Shown: positions 8,487-15,295 of the stretch, piece after piece
Layout: the number at the start of each line of letters is the position of its first letter
Position numbering within the stretch: the stretch's first letter is position 1
Sequence record: PV390658.1
Source: Escherichia phage vB_EcoM_P54
Length of the DNA: 64,000 nucleotides
Strand: one strand, 5' to 3'
Made by a program: the position numbers and the translations under genes
Notes under the pieces: generated by a model
Seen by the model: only the letters and a program-made list of their open reading frames with translations
The model's database searches: none
Told to the model about the DNA's origin: nothing

Positions 8487-8867
8487 TCAGTTAATTTTGA
8501 AAATTGTCACATAGCCGTCACTGCCGATTATTTGAGACACTCCAGCTTTTTCCACTGAATAGCCCATATTTTCAAGATGATAAACAGCATCATCATAACC
8601 ATATGCGCCACCCTGATAACGTCTCTTATCGCATCTTATCAGGTTTTTACCACGTCCTGCAAGTGCATTCAGTACAGCTTTTTCACTTGATAGCGTACCA
8701 TCTAACATGGTTGCTGTGTAATGGTTGATTCTATTCCCGTTTACATCATACTTAAAATTGAATGCGTGAACAACAATCAATTTGCCGTTAAATTTTTCAT
8801 CAAGTGACTTCTCCAGTGCGTTGCGGAAGTTGTCTTTGTTAATGAATTTCGGTGCACGATAAGCCAT
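8487..8867 (-). CDS. hypothetical early protein (126 aa)
   Basis: ATG at 8867 abutting a type B cassette. Confidence 0.6.
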   Translation of the reverse strand: MAYRAPKFINKDNFRNALEKSLDEKFNGKLIVVHAFNFKYDVNGNRINHYTATMLDGTLSSEKAVLNALAGRGKNLIRCDKRRYQGGAYGYDDAVYHLENMGYSVEKAGVSQIIGSDGYVTIFKIN

Positions 8868-8950
8868 TTTTGAATCTCCTAGTTTAAGGGTTAATTTAGT
8901 AAAGCTCTTTATCTGGGGCTTAAGATATCAGCTTTTAAGCCCCCTGTAAA
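8868..8950 (-). promoter_or_regulatory. type B cassette
   Basis: TTTACA at 8945-8950; palindrome GGGGGCTTAA...TTAAGCCCC. Confidence 0.45.
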
Positions 8951-8957
8951 GTACTTT

Positions 8958-9164
8958 TTATATATCGTAATAGTAAACCGCTGTCTGTTTTATATGTCGC
9001 TTTGTATTCTTCGTAAGGTAGCAATTAGAATTGATTGCCGTTTCTACATAGTTGCAATAATCAGCTTCTGATATTCTACGCCATGCGCCGCACACTTGCA
9101 TGTAAAAACGTTTTACCTTTGTATTAACGTTGGTTGTAACCATCAATTCACGGCTGTAAATCAT
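8958..9164 (-). CDS. hypothetical early protein (68 aa), first gene of the leftward array
   Basis: ATG at 9164 after TAAACTGGAGATTTAAAA SD region. Confidence 0.5.
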   Translation of the reverse strand: MIYSRELMVTTNVNTKVKRFYMQVCGAWRRISEADYCNYVETAINSNCYLTKNTKRHIKQTAVYYYDI

Positions 9165-9213
9165 TTTTAAATCTCCAGTTTAGGAAGTAGGCTTGTTTGC
9201 CTGTCTGATGCAA

Positions 9214-9242
9214 ATACTAAATAACCATAGTCAGAGAGTCAA
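9214..9242 (-). promoter_or_regulatory. candidate sigma70-like promoter for the leftward early array
   Basis: Minus strand TTGACT (9237-9242), 17-nt spacer, TAGTAT (9214-9219). Confidence 0.4.
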
Positions 9243-9404
9243 TAGGAATTTTAAAAATATTTTTGCAAAAAACTGTAATGAAACGGGCGCACGCGACTAC
9301 CACAAAACAGAACTACAATCAAGAATTATTTTTCAATCCGCTACAAATTTTTCTGTTGACTTTTCTTTTCAGATGTGGTAGCCTTGTGAGAAATGGCGAC
9401 ATCC

Positions 9405-9600
9405 CCACCTGCACCCACCTACCTGCACAATTCTAAAATGATTTTTCTTGCCCGACCTGAGCGGGGTCTGCACGTTTTGAAAATGAAAAAGCTCTTTGGA
9501 GATTACCTGCACAGTTTGAAAATGAATTTTCTCTTTGGAGTTCAAAATTTTCTCTACAGATTTCTGTCCAGAACTCTACCTGCACAATCCTGAAATGAAA
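9405..9600. repeat. four degenerate direct repeats, core ACCTGCACA-N-TTYTRAAATGA
   Basis: Copies at about 9418-9440, 9466-9490, 9502-9527 and 9575-9600; CTCTTTGGAG also repeated at 9491 and 9531. Confidence 0.6.
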
Positions 9601-9671
9601 AAGCCCTCCTTACCTGAAAAATTTACCAGATAAGAAAGGCTTAGCCTATTGTGAATATTCTACAGAGTTTC

Positions 9672-10457
9672 TTAGTTCTTTGCGTCTAAGAAGGTTACTT
9701 CCGGTGAAGAGAAAATCTCCTCAACATCCTCATCAGTTCTTGCATAGATATATGTATCTGCATCGCTGCCAAATGTTACTGCAATTCTGTGATTGCTCTT
9801 CGACAGGTGGGTAACTAGAGCGTTACTTAGAGACATCTTTTCAACCGGAGGGTTACTTTGATGTATCTTGCCTTTTCTTCGTCTGAAGAGGGTAACTACA
9901 TCATTAGTGAACACTACTACACCAGCAAAGTATTCTGGTTCACAGTAGTTCTTCCAACCTGAGCGTAACTTGTGGTACATCTCTCCTTCATAGACATACA
10001 GATACACATCTACACTCTTCATCACCTGATTAATGATGACTGTGACGGCTTGAGAGTCTAGTCCACCGATACCTGCACCAATCATAGGTAACCCAACTTT
10101 CTTCAACTGATTGACTTCACAGTATCTGTTAAGCTGTTTCAAAGATGACTCTAAAGCACTGTATCGGGCATCTTTACCAGTCTTAAGCTGAGTGTAAAGG
10201 TTAGCTATACGGCCTTGTTCTAAACGTGCTACAGAGAAATTGCCTAGTAAATTTTCACAGGGTTTGTGACCTATACCACCTGCATACAGATAGACTTCTG
10301 TATCAGTCTCATATGCTTTTGGGTAAAGTTTAGAAATCTTGTCAGCGATACCTGCACCCATTAAATTCATACAGTTGCAACCGTGACCAATAATATCAAA
10401 CTTACCTTTATCAAATGCGGAGAAGATATCCCCATTGATGATTTTTACAATACCCAT
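9672..10457 (-). CDS. macrodomain-like protein (261 aa), putative ADP-ribose binding or hydrolase
   Basis: N-terminal VKIINGDIF...FDIIGHGCNCMNLMGAGIADKI and GLPMIGAGIGGLD resemble macrodomain motifs GDIT...DAIVNAAN...GGGV and ISTGIYG; extra C-terminal region of about 110 aa. Confidence 0.5.
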   Translation of the reverse strand: MGIVKIINGDIFSAFDKGKFDIIGHGCNCMNLMGAGIADKISKLYPKAYETDTEVYLYAGGIGHKPCENLLGNFSVARLEQGRIANLYTQLKTGKDARYSALESSLKQLNRYCEVNQLKKVGLPMIGAGIGGLDSQAVTVIINQVMKSVDVYLYVYEGEMYHKLRSGWKNYCEPEYFAGVVVFTNDVVTLFRRRKGKIHQSNPPVEKMSLSNALVTHLSKSNHRIAVTFGSDADTYIYARTDEDVEEIFSSPEVTFLDAKN

Positions 10458-10658
10458 TTAGCATCTCTCCCAAGATTCTTTATCTTCTGAAGGTTTTACA
10501 CGTTGTCCTTCGTGGTCTACCCAGATACATCCACAACCTTCACAGATTACTGGCATTGCATAGCCAGCTTTAAAGTCATCTTCAGTGATAAGACCTTTTA
10601 AGTCACCTGTATCACGTCCGAACATTTCGATAGCACAGTCTTTGCAGAAGTCAGCCAT
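10458..10658 (-). CDS. small Cys-rich protein (about 66 aa)
   Basis: CKDC ... CEGCGC motifs; start moved to ATG at 10658 with AAGAGG SD. Confidence 0.5.
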   Translation of the reverse strand: MADFCKDCAIEMFGRDTGDLKGLITEDDFKAGYAMPVICEGCGCIWVDHEGQRVKPSEDKESWERC

Positions 10659-10878
10659 GAATAATTGCCTCTTGAATGATGATACCTTTACCACAACGAC
10701 TTTTAAAGTCTTCTAATGGTTCAGAGATAAAGCCACGTAAACAGTCAGTGAATACTAAGTTCTTCCGGTAAGCTATCACATCATTTGCTGTAAATGGTAT
10801 GACCTCATTTCGTCCAATGAACACCGCTGAACTGATAAGTTTCCGTGTCTTTTTATCTCTGGCTAGTATTACTTTCAT
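10651..10878 (-). CDS. hypothetical protein (75 aa)
   Basis: ATG at 10878 with GAAGGT SD. Confidence 0.5.
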   Translation of the reverse strand: MKVILARDKKTRKLISSAVFIGRNEVIPFTANDVIAYRKNLVFTDCLRGFISEPLEDFKSRCGKGIIIQEAIIHG

Positions 10879-11179
10879 AGTTTACCTTCTCAGTTAGCTC
10901 ATATAAATCAACATGCTCAATACTATCAATGTTGATACTAATCTTTTTGAAGCGTTCTATCACTTCGTTGTCAGTCATCCATATCAGACACCAATGATTG
11001 TGGATGGATTCTTCAAGAAGGTCAACACAGTCTTTAAAAGTTTTTGTATCACTTCTTGTTCCGACTACTGCGATTGTCCCATACAACCACTTACCATTGC
11101 CATAAGATACTTGTGCTACGCCAACTTCTTTATCTTTCTCGTAGTAAACGGCTACAAAATCTCTTCCGTTAATCTGCAT
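10853..11179 (-). CDS. hypothetical protein (about 108 aa)
   Basis: ORF-track 10853..11218; ATG at 11179 has AGAGGA SD. Confidence 0.45.
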   Translation of the reverse strand: MQINGRDFVAVYYEKDKEVGVAQVSYGNGKWLYGTIAVVGTRSDTKTFKDCVDLLEESIHNHWCLIWMTDNEVIERFKKISINIDSIEHVDLYELTEKVNYESNTSQR

Positions 11180-11477
11180 TTGTAAGTTCCTCTGTTGGTA
11201 ATTCACCATTTTCAGCAAAGTACTGAAGGTATGGCAATAACTCTTTCACCTGTTCTTGGTTGAGTTTCATTCTTTGGTTACCTACAAAATCTTTGCCTAC
11301 TAATGCTGGGATATCAAGTGTTTTCCAGCCACCATCTAGGTACTGAACAGAGACCTCTTTAGCACCTAACCAGATACACGGTTCATATGATGAACTCTCT
11401 TGTAAAGTACAAATTTCCCCTTTAGCATCTTTAAATTCTGCATAAGAAAATCCACGATTTGTTGGCTGGAATTGCAT
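11169..11477 (-). CDS. hypothetical protein (about 102 aa)
   Basis: ORF-track start 11483 is GTG; first ATG at 11477. Confidence 0.5.
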   Translation of the reverse strand: MQFQPTNRGFSYAEFKDAKGEICTLQESSSYEPCIWLGAKEVSVQYLDGGWKTLDIPALVGKDFVGNQRMKLNQEQVKELLPYLQYFAENGELPTEELTNAD

Positions 11478-11479
11478 AA

Positions 11480-11749
11480 TCACTTCCTCGTTTTAAGAAC
11501 TGCTAAGATTTCTTTAGAGTCTGGTAAGAACCATGTGTAGTGATTCTCTTTGATTTCTGGATGAGTGTCAACCTTTATTTTGCACTCTTTACCAACATGC
11601 TTAAGCTGTGCTGTGACACCTTGCATAAAGATATGACACATCACGTTATCCATAATGGTTGGTGAGAAATCAACCCGCATATAAGTTTCTTTTGGTCGTG
11701 GTAGCAGTAAGTACCCTTCTACATAGAAAGTATCTTCATTCTCTGTCAT
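11480..11749 (-). CDS. hypothetical protein (89 aa)
   Basis: ATG at 11749 overlaps the upstream stop by ATGA. Confidence 0.5.
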   Translation of the reverse strand: MTENEDTFYVEGYLLLPRPKETYMRVDFSPTIMDNVMCHIFMQGVTAQLKHVGKECKIKVDTHPEIKENHYTWFLPDSKEILAVLKTRK

Positions 11750-12015
11750 TGCTGTTTGTTTCCTAATAAAATCATATCAATAAGGTTATTAGCTTTGATT
11801 GTGCACTGGTAAAAACCATCACGATAAAACTCAAGGGCTGCTGCCACATCACTACCAGTATTACCTTTGACAGTGAATCTTGACTCTTCTTGAGTGTACT
11901 TGTCACTCTCACTTACTTGGGAGTTTTTGAATGTACTGTTCACTTTGTTCGTTGAACACCCTGACATAATTATCAGTAACACAAACATTATAAAACTCTG
12001 GCTTAGTCTTTTCAT
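11746..12015 (-). CDS. putative o-spanin (outer-membrane lipoprotein, 89 aa)
   Basis: N-terminal signal peptide ending in a Cys lipobox-like site (LIIMSGC); lies in a different frame overlapping the 3-prime end of the i-spanin-like ORF. Confidence 0.5.
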   Translation of the reverse strand: MKRLSQSFIMFVLLIIMSGCSTNKVNSTFKNSQVSESDKYTQEESRFTVKGNTGSDVAAALEFYRDGFYQCTIKANNLIDMILLGNKQQ

Positions 12016-12256
12016 ATGTTAGTACCTCTTTTGTGTGCTTATTCTTAGCAAGCACGTCTTTCAAATCATTTTTGTAATTGGTGCTGAGTGTGGCTAAACC
12101 TTCCTGATAAGCATCTTTAGCAACACTTATTAGTTTCTCATTATTTAGCTCAGCTTCAGCAACTTGGTAGTCTCTGTAAGAGTATCCTCCCCAGACACCT
12201 GCTCCAACTAAGAAAACAATTATGAAAGTAGCTTGGCAGAACTCTTTAAATGTCAT
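11909..12256 (-). CDS. putative i-spanin (115 aa)
   Basis: Single N-terminal transmembrane segment then charged helical region; AGGAG SD before ATG at 12256. Confidence 0.5.
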   Translation of the reverse strand: MTFKEFCQATFIIVFLVGAGVWGGYSYRDYQVAEAELNNEKLISVAKDAYQEGLATLSTNYKNDLKDVLAKNKHTKEVLTYEKTKPEFYNVCVTDNYVRVFNEQSEQYIQKLPSK

Positions 12257-12275
12257 TTAACAATCTCCTGAAATG

Positions 12276-12296
12276 AAAAAGGCTCCCGAAGGAGCC
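12276..12296 (-). terminator. rho-independent terminator (minus strand)
   Basis: A-run then GGCTCC-CGAA-GGAGCC hairpin. Confidence 0.6.
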
Positions 12297-12308
12297 TGTA
12301 TCTTAACC

Positions 12309-12773
12309 TTAACTGAGGACTTTAGCAAGGATATTCGCAGCCATCGAAGAAGCTTTTGCAGCAGCAACTACGCCAGCTTTGACAGTGCCATCCTTAATAG
12401 CAGATACCGTTGCAGCATCAGTAAAGAGGTAAGTGATTGTTTTAGAACCACTTGTAAAGGAAAGCATAAGAGTAGTTTCCAGATTGAAAGAGCGATACGG
12501 AGCACCTTCTTTAACGATACCTTCAGCACCTAACTCTGAAGCCTTACCCATATCATAGATAGTCATCAGGTTTTCTTTGTGTGCAGTCGTTGAACCAGCA
12601 CCTTTTACGTGCTTTTTAACATTCAACAATGCACGGTATTCACGAATGCTGCCATCAGCTTTTACATTAACAGCACGAAAAATTTTACCTTCAAAATTAC
12701 CTTGAATCATTTTACGAACTACTTCAGATTTGTTTGCCGTATCGTCCAGTGCTACCGTAATGATATTGTTCAT
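12309..12773 (-). CDS. hypothetical protein (about 154 aa)
   Basis: ORF-track start 12788 is TTG; first ATG at 12773. Confidence 0.45.
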   Translation of the reverse strand: MNNIITVALDDTANKSEVVRKMIQGNFEGKIFRAVNVKADGSIREYRALLNVKKHVKGAGSTTAHKENLMTIYDMGKASELGAEGIVKEGAPYRSFNLETTLMLSFTSGSKTITYLFTDAATVSAIKDGTVKAGVVAAAKASSMAANILAKVLS

Positions 12774-12784
12774 AAGTTTTTCTC

Positions 12785-13480
12785 TCAATGTTTAACTAAC
12801 ATGGTTTTAATGTGTGGAAGGATTCTGTTTACCTTCTGAACATTCTTCTCTGTATCTTCTATAAAACATACTATATTAAAGTAAGGTAGAATGCAAGACT
12901 GAATCATCCTCACTTTCAAACTTTCTGCACTTATAGAGTTAGTTCCAAAACCACGCATAAAAAGCATGTAATCATGCTCTATGTAATGCCTTAAAAACAT
13001 CTCAGTAGGTACTCTCTGAGATTCACCCCTCGCTGTCAAGAGTCCAATGGCAGCATGATTAGAGATTGCATCAATAATATTGAAAACATATGTTGGTTTT
13101 GCACTTACAGAGTCAAGCAAATTAGTGTACTGTGAAAATGACCCATCAATCAGTTCCGTTGAGCAATCTTCGTGATTAAAATTTGTAAGAACACCATCAA
13201 TATCTGCTAAGATGAGGTTACCTTTTTCTACAAGGTCTTTATTGACTATGACTAAACTGTCACGTCTTACACCTATAGATTGCCCAGTCTCTTTATCCAC
13301 AACGTTCACAATTGGTTGTAATGTGTGGAACTCTTCAAGTGAACATACAACCTCTCTTGCAATGTCTTCAAAATCCCTGCACTGTTCTGGAGTCCATACA
13401 CAGTAATCGAGACCTAACTCATGAGGATGCAAGTCATAAGCATGGCACAATACTTCATCAGACTTTCTTAATTTTTTCAT
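12785..13480 (-). CDS. HAD-superfamily hydrolase-like protein (231 aa)
   Basis: Motif LILADIDGVLTNF matches the HAD motif I (hhhhDxDGhL). Confidence 0.5.
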   Translation of the reverse strand: MKKLRKSDEVLCHAYDLHPHELGLDYCVWTPEQCRDFEDIAREVVCSLEEFHTLQPIVNVVDKETGQSIGVRRDSLVIVNKDLVEKGNLILADIDGVLTNFNHEDCSTELIDGSFSQYTNLLDSVSAKPTYVFNIIDAISNHAAIGLLTARGESQRVPTEMFLRHYIEHDYMLFMRGFGTNSISAESLKVRMIQSCILPYFNIVCFIEDTEKNVQKVNRILPHIKTMLVKH

Positions 13481-14006
13481 GGTTTACCTTAGAAATGTTT
13501 GTTGCAAATTCACATTGAGCAATGACTTTCATATTGTTGTAGACATCTTGAGAATATTTCTTAGCTTTAGGGATTTTGTACGAATACCCAGCATTATATG
13601 ATGCTAAAACTTTTTGTAAAGTCTTCTTTGACTTTGGTTGACCATGTACCTTCGTCCAAAACTCAAGCTCTTTGTGTGTTTCCTTTGCAGCATAGTCAAA
13701 ATCTTTTAAGAGTTTCTTTTTAGCCACATTAGGACTGATTTTGTTACGCTTTACAACAGTCTTCAAGTGATTCTGGAAGATACCATAGTCATGGGTCTTT
13801 TTATTCTCTACCTTCAGACCTAACTCTGACTCTTGTAAGGCTATAGCAGCTAGAGTGATACCCCAACCTTTACCCATATTATTCTCACCATATTGGTAAG
13901 CTTTTAACATGTTTACTTTTTGGCTAATTGATAGCTCTGGGCAGTCAACTGCATAAGATAAGTGTGCTGTAAACATTAAGCACAAACCTAGAATCAACTT
14001 CTTCAT
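13458..14006 (-). CDS. secreted lytic transglycosylase-like protein (182 aa)
   Basis: Cleavable-looking signal peptide MKKLILGLCLMFTAHLSYA; QESELG...YGIFQ resembles the SLT ES...GLMQ catalytic motif; AGGAG SD. Confidence 0.45.
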   Translation of the reverse strand: MKKLILGLCLMFTAHLSYAVDCPELSISQKVNMLKAYQYGENNMGKGWGITLAAIALQESELGLKVENKKTHDYGIFQNHLKTVVKRNKISPNVAKKKLLKDFDYAAKETHKELEFWTKVHGQPKSKKTLQKVLASYNAGYSYKIPKAKKYSQDVYNNMKVIAQCEFATNISKVNHEKIKKV

Positions 14007-14065
14007 TGGTTCTCCTGTTTAGTTTATCGTGACAACAATTATACAGCACTCTGCACAAAATACAA

Positions 14066-14095
14066 ATAAAAAAGGCCGCCGAAGCAGCCTTTTAA
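14066..14095 (-). terminator. hairpin terminator after rIIB
   Basis: AAAAGGC-loop-GCCTTTT inverted repeat with flanking A and T runs. Confidence 0.5.
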
Positions 14096-14106
14096 GAAAT
14101 TACTTA

Positions 14107-15216
14107 TTAGATTTCACGTTTACGTTGAGAGATAAGTTCACCAGCAGTGCCAACGATGACATGCAAAGCTTCAGTCTTACCGTCCCATGCTTTCAGCACT
14201 TTACGCTGATTATCAACGATTGCTGCAACTTCATAACGGGATGAGCGCATCTTCATATCGTTGTAATCAGTCGGAACAGATACAACATCTCGTGGATGGA
14301 CACGAACCTTCAGGATTGTATCACCTGAGAAGCAACGAACATAATCCCAAGCACCAACATGAAGACCCTGAGAGCAAGTTACGTTACGGTTGTTGTCAAC
14401 CATCCAACGTGGCATTTCTACAATGTTACCCAAATCATTAGGTACTTTGTAGGTGTGGGAGTCAACCAACTTGCCTTCACGAGTAGAGACTTTCTTCCAA
14501 CCAATGATGTAACCTTCTTCATCAATTTCAACATCAAGGTGAGATACGAATCCCCAAAGTTGTTCTACAGAATCTTTAGATGGGTTTTCCATCAGTTTTT
14601 CGAAGAACATTACAAGTCGTTCAAAACCTTTATCACCAGTCTTCATCATGTGAAGAATACGGTCAACCAGAGTAGAACGCATCTCAACAGCACCGTAGAA
14701 TAACTTGTCACCTTTGATTGTGATAGCACCCTGAGTGAAGTTTTCGATAGACTTACGAATGTTCATCAGTTCAAATGCTTTCTTGAACTCACCTTTCACA
14801 ACATGAACTACAATTTCTTGATAGTTCGGATGAGTAGACTCAACAATTTCAGATTCTGAACCATAAGTCATAATTACAGAGTCACCAGTAATCATGTACT
14901 CAATCTTGTCATCTTTCTGCATAGCTTCGTGCAGTTTATTTACTGGAACTTTCTGTACAGTGTCTTTAACAACCTTTTCAACTGGTTTTCCAGCTTTCTT
15001 TTTAACTGACTTAGCAACTTGCTTCAAAGTCTTCTTAGCTGCTGTCGAAGTTGCCTTTTTCTTACCCTTTAAGGTTGCTTCATGACGCTCTACAGCACGA
15101 CCAACTGAACGGGTTGAAGTGTTGAACTTCTGTGCAATAGCTGTTTTAGTCAGCTTGCCTTCTTTAACCAGTTTGTAAATTTCTGCGTCAATCTGTGCTT
15201 TAGTTTTAGTAGTCAT
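14107..15216 (-). CDS. rIIB: rIIB-like protein (369 aa)
   Basis: C-terminal VRVHPRDVVSVPTDYNDMKMRSSRYEV and TCSQGLHVGA match T4 rIIB as I recall it; adjacent to rIIA. Confidence 0.8.
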   Translation of the reverse strand: MTTKTKAQIDAEIYKLVKEGKLTKTAIAQKFNTSTRSVGRAVERHEATLKGKKKATSTAAKKTLKQVAKSVKKKAGKPVEKVVKDTVQKVPVNKLHEAMQKDDKIEYMITGDSVIMTYGSESEIVESTHPNYQEIVVHVVKGEFKKAFELMNIRKSIENFTQGAITIKGDKLFYGAVEMRSTLVDRILHMMKTGDKGFERLVMFFEKLMENPSKDSVEQLWGFVSHLDVEIDEEGYIIGWKKVSTREGKLVDSHTYKVPNDLGNIVEMPRWMVDNNRNVTCSQGLHVGAWDYVRCFSGDTILKVRVHPRDVVSVPTDYNDMKMRSSRYEVAAIVDNQRKVLKAWDGKTEALHVIVGTAGELISQRKREI

Positions 15217-15260
15217 CTTATTACTCTCTCTTGTTAGTTAATAAATCATTTTGTAAGGCT

Positions 15261-15290
15261 ATTCTAAGGGGCTTCAAAGCCCCTTGTCAA
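15261..15290 (-). promoter_or_regulatory. candidate promoter for rIIB
   Basis: TTGACA (15285-15290), 18-nt spacer that is the palindrome AGGGGCTTTGAAGCCCCT, TAGAAT (15261-15266). Confidence 0.45.
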
Positions 15291-15295
15291 ACACT

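Noticed and set aside
2944-8950. Possible CRISPR array suggested by recurring 80-95-bp hairpin-containing repeats
   Set aside because: Repeats are separated by whole genes of varying length, not short uniform spacers; each abuts a start codon and carries an SD; no cas genes. They are promoter/UTR cassettes.
9193-9593. Plus-strand ORFs 9193..9381 and 9393..9593
   Set aside because: Built from the ACCTGCACA/TGAAAATGA direct repeats in an intergenic control region; no SD; opposite to all neighbouring genes. Treated as regulatory DNA.
14359-14703. Plus-strand ORFs inside rIIB and rIIA (14187..14441, 14359..14703, 14894..15085, 16199..16387)
   Set aside because: Embedded antisense in genes with strong homology support; no start signals.
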